A stretch of DNA of 64,000 nt from Vulcanimicrobiota bacterium (lineage in GTDB: Bacteria > Vulcanimicrobiota > Vulcanimicrobiia > Vulcanimicrobiales > Vulcanimicrobiaceae). The position numbers and the translations under genes were made by a program. How positions within the stretch are numbered: position 1 is the stretch's first letter; each line of letters begins with the position of its first letter. Positions 52,155-61,711 of this stretch are shown piece by piece. The notes below the pieces were generated by a model that saw nothing but the letters and a program-made list of their open reading frames with translations, was not told where the DNA came from and made no database searches. The stretch is taken from contig CAWCIZ010000002.1 in NCBI GenBank assembly GCA_963795855.1, positions 352,001 to 416,000 on the forward strand, read 5' to 3'.

Positions 52155-52802
52155 TTACGGGAGTTCGATCTCCGAGAGATTCTTTTCGATCTTCCGCTTC
52201 ACGCGCTGCAGCGCGTTGTCGATCGACTTCACGTGCCGTCCCAAATCGCGCGCCATCTCCTGATAGCTCTTGCCTTCAAGGTAGGAGAGCAGCACTTGAG
52301 ATTCGAGTTCCGACAGGTTCTCTTGGATGCGCTCCTTGATATCCTGTGAAACTTCCTGGTTGATCACCAGTTCTTCCGGATCGGAAGTCTTCTGCGATGC
52401 CATCACGTCGAGCAGCGTGCGTTCGCTGTCTTCGTCGTAAATCGGTTTGTTGAGCGAAATGTACTGGTTGAGCGGAATGTGTTTCTGACGCGTCGCCGTC
52501 TTAATCGCGGTGATGATCTGCCGCGTGATACAGAGTTCCGCAAATGCGCGGAAACTCGAAAGCTTGTCGGCTTTGAAATCGCGAACCGCTTTGTAGAGAC
52601 CGATCATGCCTTCCTGGATGATGTCTTCGCGGTCGGCGCCGATCAAAAAGTAACTCTTCGCCTTGATGCGGACGAAGTTTTTGTACTTGTTGAGCAGAAA
52701 TTCCATTGCGAGATTGTCGCCCGATTTGGCGGTCGCAACTAAATCTTCGTCAGCCCGCTCGTGATAGTCGAGTCCATCCGACACAGGATGGGTCATTGCC
52801 AT
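52155..52802 (-). CDS. sigH: RNA polymerase sigma factor SigH (Spo0H-type)
   Basis: YFLIGADREDIIQEGMIGLYKA, FAELCITRQIITAIKTATRQKHIPLN, KSIDNALQRVKRK; downstream of rlmB as in Bacillus. Confidence 0.93.
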   Translation of the reverse strand: MAMTHPVSDGLDYHERADEDLVATAKSGDNLAMEFLLNKYKNFVRIKAKSYFLIGADREDIIQEGMIGLYKAVRDFKADKLSSFRAFAELCITRQIITAIKTATRQKHIPLNQYISLNKPIYDEDSERTLLDVMASQKTSDPEELVINQEVSQDIKERIQENLSELESQVLLSYLEGKSYQEMARDLGRHVKSIDNALQRVKRKIEKNLSEIELP

Positions 52803-52927
52803 GTCTTTTTCGCCCTCTGGGACACTATGCGCGCAAATCGCAGGCTCCGCGGAACCCGTCGAACGCGACACATCCCGAACAGTATAGGAGGGACCTCCTT
52901 GCGCGTCAAGGACAAGAGAGGCAAGCC

Positions 52928-53697
52928 TTACGAAGCGTTTGCCGGCGCGCGTCGCTGGCGTACAGCTTCATACAAAAGAACGCCCGCTGCAACCGAGGCG
53001 TTGAGCGATCCGACGCGCCCCAACATTGGAATCCGAACCAGGTAGTCACACTCTCGCTTGACCAGATGCGACAGCCCAGGGCCTTCCGCGCCGATGACTA
53101 CGGCTGAGATTTGTTGCGAAATCCGCCTGGGTAAAATCGACGCTTTCCGGTCCTACGTCCGCTCCGGCGACCCAGATACCGGCTTTCTTGATTTTTCGAA
53201 TCGCGTCCGCGACGTTGGACACGCGCGCGATGGGCAGATGAGCGGCCGCTCCCGCTGCCGCCTTTCGAACGGTCGCGTTGACGCCGGCGGCGCGGCGTTC
53301 CGGCAAGACGATCGCGTTCGCGCCTGCGCACTCCGCCGTGCGAATGATCGCGCCCGCGTTATGCGGATCGGTGATGTGGTCGAGCACTACGAGCAACGCC
53401 GGTTCCTCGCGCGGCGCGCCGAGCACTTCTTCCAACGTAACGTACGGAAACGGCGCGCCGAACGCGACGATGCCCTGATTTGCTTTGTACGGAAATTGCG
53501 CGAAGTAGTTCCGGTTCTCGAAGCGCACGCGAACGTTTCGCTCGCCCGCGATCTCGAGGATTTTCCGCACGACCGGATCCCGTTTGCGTTCGTCGGCGAC
53601 GTGCAGCGAGCGCAGTTCTTCACCCGCGCTCAGCGCTTCGTCGACCGCATGCAGACCGTAGATGACGTTGTCGAGATCTTAGCCGGCGACGGTCCAC
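52928..53697 (-). CDS. rlmB: 23S rRNA Gm2251 methyltransferase RlmB; indels near 53680, 53100 and 53050
   Basis: [48 protein letters not shown]. Confidence 0.9.
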
Positions 53698-55110
53698 GTG
53701 GTGCCGTCCTTCGAATCTTTGAGCGCCACGCCGCATGCGGAAAGCGCGTCGCGCAGGCGATCCGATTCCGCCCAATTCTTCTCCTTGCGCGCCTGCGCGC
53801 GAGCCGCAATCACGCGTTCGACGGCTTCTTGCGCCGTCGCGCCGTTGAGCGGGAGCGGCGTCTGTCCGATCGAAGATTGAAGCCGCTCCAGAAAATCGGC
53901 CGGCAATTCCCGGCGCGGCGCTTGGAGCCACGCGTCGTTCGGCGTCAGACCCAGCACGTCGAGCCAATACGCGAATTCATGCGAAAGAGCCGCCGCGATA
54001 CGAAAGCAGCTCGGATAGCGCGACCGCCGTGTTCATGTCGTCGTCGAGCGCCGCTTCCATCTTCGCACGCAGATCCCCAGTAGGCGCTTGCGCGGCTCCG
54101 TCATCCGGAGCGCCGGAATGCAGCGCGCGATACGTCTTCTTCAGATTTTCCAACGCGACTGCGGCGCCGGCGATCGATTCTTCGGTGAAGTTCATCACCT
54201 TGCGATAGCCCGTCTGCAGAAACCGCAGCCGGATCGCTTGCGGGTCGTGGCGATCGAGCAATTCGTAGAGCGGCTCGAAGTTGCCGAGCGATTTGCTCAT
54301 CTTTTGGTTGTCGAACAGCAGCAACCCGCCGTGCATCCAAAAGTTCGCCATCGGCGGATGCCCCATCAGCGGCTCGCTTTGCGCGATTTCGTTTTCGTGA
54401 TGCGGAAAGATCAAATCCGCGCCGCCGCCGTGAATGTCGAATCCGGCGCCCTGCGGATCCAGCAGCTCGTGCGACATCGCCGAGCACTCGATGTGCCATC
54501 CCGGCCGCCCCTCGCCCCACGGCGACGGCCAAGTCGGCTCGCCCGGCTTTGCCAATTTCCACAGCGCGAAATCGAGCGGATCTTCCTTCGCCTCGTCGAT
54601 TTCGATACGTGCGCCGGACTCCAGTTCCTCGATATTCCGGTTGGACAGCGCGCCATAGCGCGGGAACTGCGAGACGCGATAATACACGCCGTCTTTCGTT
54701 ACGTACGCGTAGCCCTTTTCCATCAGCTCGCGTATCATTTCGACGATCTGCGGGACGAACTTCGTGGCGTACGGTTCGACGTCCGGCTCCCGAACGCCCA
54801 AGCGCTGCATCGAACGTTTGAACGAGGCGTAATACGCGCTCACGATCTCGTACCAGTCTTCACCGGTCTCTTTCGCGCGGTTGATGCTGCGATCGTCGAT
54901 GTCGGTAACGTTCTGCACGAAGGTCACGGCGTATCCCGCGTGCCGCAGATAGCGGCGTAACACGTCGAAAAAAAGAAACGATCGCGCGTGACCCAGATGC
55001 GCCTCCGCCGACGGCGTCAAGCCGCAGACGTACATCCGAACGGTTCCCGCCTGCAGCGGAGCGAACGCCTCGACGCTGCGCGTGCGCGTATTGTAGATCG
55101 TCAAAGCCAT
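53679..55110 (-). CDS. cysS: Cysteine-tRNA ligase; frameshift near 53975
   Basis: [46 protein letters not shown]-terminus SDRLRD.L...G..LKD. Confidence 0.96.
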
Positions 55111-55117
55111 CGGAAGT

Positions 55118-55795
55118 CTAAATCACCCACGACCAGGCCGTGTCGCCCGTTTCCTCTTGCTCGATCTCGCGCAGCAGATCTTCCAATTGCGCCACGCGCC
55201 GCTGCAGTTTCGCGATTGCGTCGGCCGTCGGATCCGGCATGTCGACTTGGGGGCGATCCGGCACGGCACGAACCGGCACGCCGTTCTGCATAACGATGCG
55301 CGCCGGAACGCCGACGACCGTCGAGTTCGGCGGCACGTCTTTGACGACGACCGATCCGCCTCCGACCTTCGAATTCGCGCCGATGGTTATGGCACCGAGC
55401 ACCGCGGAATTGACTCCGACTGTGACGTTGTTTTCCAGCGTCGGATGGCGTTTGCCGTGTGAAAGGCTCGTACCGCCGAGCGTCACGCCTTGATAGATCG
55501 TGCAGTCGTCGCCGACTATCGCGGTTTCACCGATGACGACGCCCATTCCGTGATCGATGAAGACGCCTTTGCCGATGATGGCGGCGGGATGAATTTCGAT
55601 CCCCGTCAGAAAGCGATTCACGTTTGAAAGCCACCGTGGAAGCAGCGGGATGCGCGCACGATGGAGCGCATGAACGAACCGGTGCAGAAGAATCGCATGA
55701 AATCCGGGATAGGAAAGGACGACGTCCAGCCGGCCGCGCGCGGCAGGATCGCGTTCCAGCGGAGCGTCGAGGTCGGCGAGCAAGGTGCTAAACAT
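55118..55795 (-). CDS. cysE: Serine O-acetyltransferase
   Basis: RDPAA, YPGFHA, TGIEIHP, FIDHGMGVVIGET, KRHPTL. Confidence 0.96.
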   Translation of the reverse strand: MFSTLLADLDAPLERDPAARGRLDVVLSYPGFHAILLHRFVHALHRARIPLLPRWLSNVNRFLTGIEIHPAAIIGKGVFIDHGMGVVIGETAIVGDDCTIYQGVTLGGTSLSHGKRHPTLENNVTVGVNSAVLGAITIGANSKVGGGSVVVKDVPPNSTVVGVPARIVMQNGVPVRAVPDRPQVDMPDPTADAIAKLQRRVAQLEDLLREIEQEETGDTAWSWVI

Positions 55796-55821
55796 TCTTC
55801 ATCCGCAACAGTGTATACGTT

Positions 55822-56370
55822 CTAGGCATCGGGATGTTTGCCGCGTATGGGTTCGAACGGCTTCCCGCCCGGCCCAAACCGGATCGGTTCCAATCCCCGG
55901 CCGTGGAGCAGTTGCGAGTTCACTGCGCCGATGCGTATGAGGATGCGGTCGTGTCCCAACAGCGCAAACAGCAGTTCCAGCGGCGGCCCGTCCGCCTTTC
56001 CGGTCAGCGCCATGCGGACGGCGTAGCGCGCGTCGTCCTCGCTAATCCCGAATTCGGCTGCCATTTCCGCCAGATCGTGCTCCAAGGGTAACCCGCGCAA
56101 CTCCGTTTGACTATCCACGTACTGCCCTACCGTGTCTAGGAAAAACAGTACCTCTCGCGTTCGCAGGCGTTCCAGTTCGAGCGCCGGTACGATGCACGAT
56201 TCGGCGCGCAAATCCGCAACGATCGGTCGAGCGTCGTCGATCTGCCCGAGGCTGCCGCCGAATGCCTCCAGGAACGTGTCGACCCAGCGCAGGGCGGCCG
56301 GGGGGGCGGGTTCTTCCAAAAATCCCCACCGCTGCATCGCTGCGGCCAAGTCGGTCGCCGTCGTCGTCAC
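55822..56370 (-). CDS. Stand-alone glutamyl-tRNA synthetase anticodon-binding domain protein (no catalytic domain)
   Basis: VRMALTGKADGPPLELLFALLGHDRILIRI matches the GluRS C-terminal signature; occupies the gltX slot between ispF and cysE; no HIGH/KMSKS. Confidence 0.75.
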   Translation of the reverse strand: MTTTATDLAAAMQRWGFLEEPAPPAALRWVDTFLEAFGGSLGQIDDARPIVADLRAESCIVPALELERLRTREVLFFLDTVGQYVDSQTELRGLPLEHDLAEMAAEFGISEDDARYAVRMALTGKADGPPLELLFALLGHDRILIRIGAVNSQLLHGRGLEPIRFGPGGKPFEPIRGKHPDA

Positions 56371-56374
56371 GCCG

Positions 56375-56848
56375 TCACATCGCTTCCAGAAGCGCGACGG
56401 CGTACGCCGCGATGCCGCTCCCGTCTCCGGTGTACCCCATCCCTTCGCTCGTTTTCGCTTTCACGCTCACTTGGGGGAGCGAGAGCCCGAGGCGTCCGGC
56501 GATGTTCTCGCGCATGCGCATCACGTGCGGCGCGAGCTTGGGCTGCTGCACGACGATAGTCGCGTCGATGTTTTGGATTCGGTATCCCTCGCGGCGCACT
56601 TCCGATGCGCAGTGCTGCAGCAGCTCCATCGAATCGGCATTTTTCCAGCGCTCGTCGGTGTCCGGGAAGTGTCCGCCGAGATCGCCTAGCGCCGCCGCTC
56701 CCAAAAGCGCGTCGCTGACGGCATGGGCGAGCACGTCCGCGTCGGAGTGTCCGAGTGCCCCGCGATCGTGCGGCACGTCGACGCCTCCGAGAATCAGTTT
56801 GCGCCCCTCGACCAAACGGTGGGCATCGAAGCCCTGTCCTATCTTCAT
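56375..56848 (-). CDS. ispF: 2-C-methyl-D-erythritol 2,4-cyclodiphosphate synthase
   Basis: [33 protein letters not shown]. Confidence 0.96.
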   Translation of the reverse strand: MKIGQGFDAHRLVEGRKLILGGVDVPHDRGALGHSDADVLAHAVSDALLGAAALGDLGGHFPDTDERWKNADSMELLQHCASEVRREGYRIQNIDATIVVQQPKLAPHVMRMRENIAGRLGLSLPQVSVKAKTSEGMGYTGDGSGIAAYAVALLEAM

Positions 56849-57548
56849 CCCTCCTCCTGAACCAGAACGGCGGCGCGAAGCTGCAGCGCTTGCTGTGCGC
56901 GAGCCAGGTCTTCGGGGAGCGTCACTTTGAAATTCTCCGGCGATCCGGGCACCACGTGCACGCGCACTCCGGCGCGTTCGAGGAGCATCGCGTCGTCGGT
57001 TGCCTCGAGTCCATCGCGCAAGCCCGCTTCGTGCGCCCGCATCATGTCGGAATACATTGCAAATTGCGGCGTTTGCGCCGCCCATAAAACGCTGCGCTCG
57101 AGCGTTTGTTCGACGGTCCGCTCGGCGTTCACGACTTTTATCGTGTCGACGATGGGGATCGCGAGCAGCGATGCATGCCCGGCGCGCACGGGCTCGATGC
57201 CGCGCCGCACCTCGTCCGCGGTCACGAGCGGGCGCGCACCGTCGTGAACGAAGACGCCCTCGCACGCACCGCCGCCGGCGCGCAGCGCTTCGTACGTGCT
57301 CGCCTGCCGTGTCGCACCTCCGCCCACCACCGCATACGGCGTCGTCTGCGCCGCATCCGCTGCAGTTTCGCGCACGCGATCGACCCACTCGAGTCCGTCG
57401 CAACGATTACGCGCTCGACGTCCGCCACGCTCGCAAACGTGCGAATCGACCACCAGAGCATCGGTTTGCCGGCGATCTCCACGAGCTGCTTCGGCCGGCC
57501 GAAACGCGTTCCGCGTCCCGCCGCGACGACAATCGCACAGAATCTCAC
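56845..57548 (-). CDS. ispD: 2-C-methyl-D-erythritol 4-phosphate cytidylyltransferase; frameshift near 57395
   Basis: [44 protein letters not shown]. Confidence 0.93.
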
Positions 57549-58639
57549 GCCCTTTTCACCTTGGCGAAAATCATTCGTCCCGCCGCGGTCTGCAGCACGC
57601 TCGTCACGACCACGTCGGCGGCTTCGCCGATCAGCCGCCGCCCTTGCTCCACGACGATCATCGTGCCGTCATCGAGATAACCGACGCCTTGGTGGGGCTC
57701 CTTGCCGTCACGGACGATCTGCACGTGCATCTCCTCGCCCGGCAGCACCACCGGTTTGACGGCGTTCGCGAGTTCGTTGATGTTGAGCACTTGCACGCCT
57801 TCGACGTGCGCGACCCGGTTCAAGTTGTAATCGGTCGTCAGCAGTTTGGCGCCCAAGTCCTGCGCCAAACGCACGAGCTTCGCATCCGCCGCGCGCACGT
57901 CGGAATAGTCGCGCTCGCTGACCTCGAGCAGTTCCAATTCCTGCAGGCGCTTGAGCACTTCCAATCCGCGCCGTCCGCGCGAGCGGCGCATGACGTCCGA
58001 CGAATCGGCGATCGTTTGCAGTTCGCGCAAAATGAACCGCGGCAAGATCAGCGGCCCCTCGAGAAAACCGCTCTCCAGAATTTCGACGATGCGCCCGTCC
58101 ACGATGACCGACGTGTCGATCACTTTCGCGGGTGCGGAAAAGCCCGAGACCGCCCCTGCGAGCGGCATGATGTGCATGCGCGCGCCGACCCTCGCGCCCA
58201 GGTACGCGGCAAAAATGCTGATGATGATGTACAGCAGGATTGCGATGTAGCTGCCCGACTGGCCGCTCGTCGAGATGAATTCGAACACGATGCTGCGGAT
58301 CAGAAACGCGATCAGCAAACCGACGATGAGACCGATCGCCCCGCCGGCGAGTTCGACCGGCGCAAGCCGCTCGATCGCATGTTCGACCGCGTTGAGTTCA
58401 TCTTCGAAAAAGGATTGAGCGAGTGGTGCGAGCAGCACGCCGATCAGCGCTCCGACCACCGGCGAGAGAATGTTGAACGTCAGTTGCAGCGGCTCGCTCG
58501 CGAAATGAAGTGAGAACAAATGCACGTACGCCTCGCGGCCGAGCAGGAACCCCGTCACGCCGAAGACCACCGCGAAAATGAAACGCAGCAGCGCCGCTGC
58601 GAGGCCCGGGCCTACGCGAACGTCACGAAAGCCGCGCAT
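57545..58639 (-). CDS. Membrane PIN/TRAM-domain protein (YacL-like); start uncertain
   Basis: TM helices, DTSVIVDGRI, RGRRGL, TTDYNLNRVA, GVGYLDDGTM, LQTAAGRMIF. Confidence 0.92.
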   Translation of the reverse strand: MRGFRDVRVGPGLAAALLRFIFAVVFGVTGFLLGREAYVHLFSLHFASEPLQLTFNILSPVVGALIGVLLAPLAQSFFEDELNAVEHAIERLAPVELAGGAIGLIVGLLIAFLIRSIVFEFISTSGQSGSYIAILLYIIISIFAAYLGARVGARMHIMPLAGAVSGFSAPAKVIDTSVIVDGRIVEILESGFLEGPLILPRFILRELQTIADSSDVMRRSRGRRGLEVLKRLQELELLEVSERDYSDVRAADAKLVRLAQDLGAKLLTTDYNLNRVAHVEGVQVLNINELANAVKPVVLPGEEMHVQIVRDGKEPHQGVGYLDDGTMIVVEQGRRLIGEAADVVVTSVLQTAAGRMIFAKVKRA

Positions 58640-59742
58640 ACGTCGTTGGCCAGAAAACGCCCGCGCCGCGTCAAGCGCACGTGCGTCGCGTCCGCTTCGA
58701 GCAGCCCGAGCGATTGGTACTGCGCCACGACCGGCGCGTAAAATTGCAGAAAATCCAAATCATAGCGCTCTTTGAACGCGTCCAGACAGACCCCTTGCGC
58801 GGTGCGCAGCGCGAGCATCACCGCCTCGCCGGCGCGTCTGGCGCCCGTCAATTCCTCGGCTTCGCCCGGTATCGCCCGTCCCTGCATCGCGGCATCCACG
58901 TACGTTTCGAGGTCGCGCGTGTGCACGGCGCGCACGCCTCCCCGGTACGACGCAGCTCCGACGCCAAGTCCGACATACTCGCCGTTCGCCCAGTAATTCC
59001 CATTATGCGCGCTTTCATGACGCGGCTTTGCGAAGTTGCTGATTTCGTACTGCCTCAAGCCGGCCGCTTCGAGCTCGTCTATCGCAATGGCATAGAGATC
59101 CGCCTCCCGCGCGTCGTCAAAAAATGCGGACGGTTCTTTCTCCTGCCACCGTTCGTACGGCGTACCGGCTTCAATCGTCAAGCCGTAGGCGGATACGTGA
59201 TCGACTTCGAGCGCGACTGCGGCGCGCAGCGATTGACGCCAACTCTCCGGCGTCTGGCCCGGCACGGCGAAGATCAAGTCGATCCCGACGCTGCGTATTC
59301 GTGCGGAGCGCGCGGCTTGCACGGCACGCTCGATCTGCTCGGTGGTGTGGCGGCGTCCGAGCACTTGAATTTCCGCAGGCACGAATGACTGTACGCCGAT
59401 CGAGATGCGGTTTACGCCCGCGCCGAGATAAGCCTCGGCATCATCCGCGGTGACGAGTTCCGGATTCACCTCGATCGTCGTCTCGCGATCCGCGGGCCCG
59501 GGAAACGCAACGCGCAAACGGTTCAGCAAATCCGCGATATCGGCCGGCGCATACGTGTTCGGCGTTCCACCGCCCAGAAACACGCTCTCGAACGTGCCGC
59601 GCGGCGCAGCCTGCGATTCTATTTCCGCGAAGAGCGCGCAGAGATACCGCGCAGCCGCGCTGCGTTTGTGCGGCCACTTCGCGAAGTCGCAATACGGGCA
59701 GATGTACGGGCAGAACGGGAGATGAACGTAAACGCCGGCCAT
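58612..59742 (-). CDS. hemW: Radical SAM heme chaperone HemW (HemN-like)
   Basis: YVHLPFCPYICPYCDF, GGGTP, YEISNF, HNGNYW. Confidence 0.9.
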   Translation of the reverse strand: MAGVYVHLPFCPYICPYCDFAKWPHKRSAAARYLCALFAEIESQAAPRGTFESVFLGGGTPNTYAPADIADLLNRLRVAFPGPADRETTIEVNPELVTADDAEAYLGAGVNRISIGVQSFVPAEIQVLGRRHTTEQIERAVQAARSARIRSVGIDLIFAVPGQTPESWRQSLRAAVALEVDHVSAYGLTIEAGTPYERWQEKEPSAFFDDAREADLYAIAIDELEAAGLRQYEISNFAKPRHESAHNGNYWANGEYVGLGVGAASYRGGVRAVHTRDLETYVDAAMQGRAIPGEAEELTGARRAGEAVMLALRTAQGVCLDAFKERYDLDFLQFYAPVVAQYQSLGLLEADATHVRLTRRGRFLANDVCAAFVTFA

Positions 59743-59833
59743 AAACGGATAAGCGTCAGCGGCTTTTCGCGAAGACCGGCGCGTGTGCGGCTATCGCGTA
59801 GTGCTGACGCCATCCGGAAAGGCACCGGCACCG

Positions 59834-60697
59834 TCATGCGCCGTCCGAATCTTGCGCCGAAAAAATTCCCACGGCGCCCGGGCCGCCGTGCGTTGCGATA
59901 ACCGGCCCGGCTTCGAGAACGTCGAGCATTTGCGGCTCCGCGTCTCCTAGATGCACGCGCACGCGCTCGAGAATGTTCTTCGCCAGCTCCGGAGCATTCG
60001 TGTGCATGACCAGAAAGCGCGCCTTGGAAACGTCGGAGATCGGCTGGAGCGAAAGATCGATCATCGTTTGCTGCGCGCGGCCCATCGTGCGCACCTGCGC
60101 CTCCGCTACGACTTCGCCGCCTTCGAGCGCGATGACCGGAACGATTTTCATCAGCGTACCGATGACCGCGCGCGCTTTTCCGATGCGGCCCGTGCGCACG
60201 ACGTGGGAGAGATCGGGGATGCATGCGTAGAGATGCTGCGTGCGCTTCTCACGCTCGACGGCCTGCAGAATCGTCTCGACGCTCGCCCCGGCTTGCGCGA
60301 GCGCGCACGCGTGCAGCACGTGCATGCCCAAACCTCCCGCGACGCTTTCCGAATCGACGACCGCGATTCTGGCATCGGGGAATTGCTGCGCCGCGGCGCG
60401 CGCCGCATTGATCGTGCCGGAAAGTTTGGCGCTGATCACGATGCAGACGACGTCGCTTCCGGCTTGAACGTGCGGGCGAAATGCATCCTCGAACATCTGC
60501 GCGCTGGGCTGCGAGGTCGTCGGAAGCACCGGTTCGCTTGCGAGCTTTTCGTAGAATTCGCGGCGGGAGAGGTCGACGTAATCCCGGTAACTGCGATCGC
60601 CGAAGACGACGAATAGAGGAACGACCTCGATACCGAGTTCGCGCGCGCGCGCAGGCTCGATGTCCGACGTGCTGTCCGTCACGATGGCGACGGCCAA
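59834..60697 (-). CDS. DegV-family fatty acid-binding protein (FakB-like)
   Basis: IVTDSTSD, TTSQPS, ISAKLSGT, GRIG, HGGPGAVG. Confidence 0.93.
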   Translation of the reverse strand: MAVAIVTDSTSDIEPARARELGIEVVPLFVVFGDRSYRDYVDLSRREFYEKLASEPVLPTTSQPSAQMFEDAFRPHVQAGSDVVCIVISAKLSGTINAARAAAQQFPDARIAVVDSESVAGGLGMHVLHACALAQAGASVETILQAVEREKRTQHLYACIPDLSHVVRTGRIGKARAVIGTLMKIVPVIALEGGEVVAEAQVRTMGRAQQTMIDLSLQPISDVSKARFLVMHTNAPELAKNILERVRVHLGDAEPQMLDVLEAGPVIATHGGPGAVGIFSAQDSDGA

Positions 60698-60700
60698 ATG

Positions 60701-61711
60701 CTACGCTTCCTTGGCTAGGTGCGGTTTGACCAGTTCGGTGATTTTGCCGATGACGTCGTTTTGCGCTTCGATCGCGGCCGCGTGGACGGCGTGCTTGATC
60801 GCGTTTCGCGTGGCGCGGCCGTGCGTGACGATGCAGTTTCCGCGCAGGCCGAGCAGCGGCGCGCCGCCGTACGTTTCGTAGTTGAACCTCGCCCGCATCT
60901 TGCGCAGTGCGGGGTAGACGAGCGCCGCGCCGAACCGCGCGACGATGCCGCCGCCGAGCAGCGCGTCCTTGAGCACTTTTTGAAAATCGGAAACGAAGCC
61001 CTCGCCCATCTTCAGCACGACGTTGCCGACGAAACCGTCGACGACCACGACGTCGGCCGGATTGTGAAAGAGATCTTTGCCTTCGACGTTGCCGATGAAA
61101 TGAATCGGCGCCGCGCGCAGCAGCTTCGCCGCCTCGAGCACCTGCGCGTTGCCTTTGGTTTCTTCTTCGCCCACCGAGAGAATCGCGACGCGCGGATTCG
61201 GCAAGTTTAACACCGCTTTCGCATACGCCGTCCCCATCAAACCGAATTGCTCGAGCCACTCGGGCCGGCAATCGACGTTCGCACCGGAGTCCAGCAGCAC
61301 CATCGGTCCGTTCATGACCGGCCACACCGTCGCAATCGCCGGTCGCGCGATACCCGGAATCGTCCGCAGTTTGATCAGCGCAATAGCCAGAAACGCGCCG
61401 CTGTTGCCCGCTGAGACGACCGCGTCCGCTTGCGCGTCCTTCACCATGTTCACGGCAACGCCGAGTGAAGTTTTGTCCGCGACGCGCAGCGCTTGGGATG
61501 CGTGCATGTCCATCGGAACGTTTTCCGGTGCGTGGACGAGCGTGATCTTCTCTGCGCCCGCGCCTTGCAGCAACGGACGCACTTTCGCCTCGTCGCCCAC
61601 GAGTATGAGGTCGCCGTAGTCTTCTCGAGCGGCGAGGATCGCTCCGGCGACGATTTCTTCGGGCGCGTGATCGCCGCCCATGGCGTCGATGACGATGCGC
61701 GGCTTATTCAT
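60701..61711 (-). CDS. plsX: Phosphate acyltransferase PlsX
   Basis: DAMGGDHAP, SAGNSGA, RPAI, DSGAN, GEEETKGN, DGFVGN..LK, YGGAPLLG. Confidence 0.96.
   Translation of the reverse strand: MNKPRIVIDAMGGDHAPEEIVAGAILAAREDYGDLILVGDEAKVRPLLQGAGAEKITLVHAPENVPMDMHASQALRVADKTSLGVAVNMVKDAQADAVVSAGNSGAFLAIALIKLRTIPGIARPAIATVWPVMNGPMVLLDSGANVDCRPEWLEQFGLMGTAYAKAVLNLPNPRVAILSVGEEETKGNAQVLEAAKLLRAAPIHFIGNVEGKDLFHNPADVVVVDGFVGNVVLKMGEGFVSDFQKVLKDALLGGGIVARFGAALVYPALRKMRARFNYETYGGAPLLGLRGNCIVTHGRATRNAIKHAVHAAAIEAQNDVIGKITELVKPHLAKEA

Noticed and set aside
53670..53700. cysS C-terminal frame runs into rlmB with only a TAA between and no start codon (possible readthrough or fusion)
   Set aside because: Removing one A (GGCTAAGAT to GGCTAGAT) keeps a cysS stop and puts the upstream GTG, which has an AAGGA RBS, in frame as [14 protein letters not shown]; an indel error is simpler
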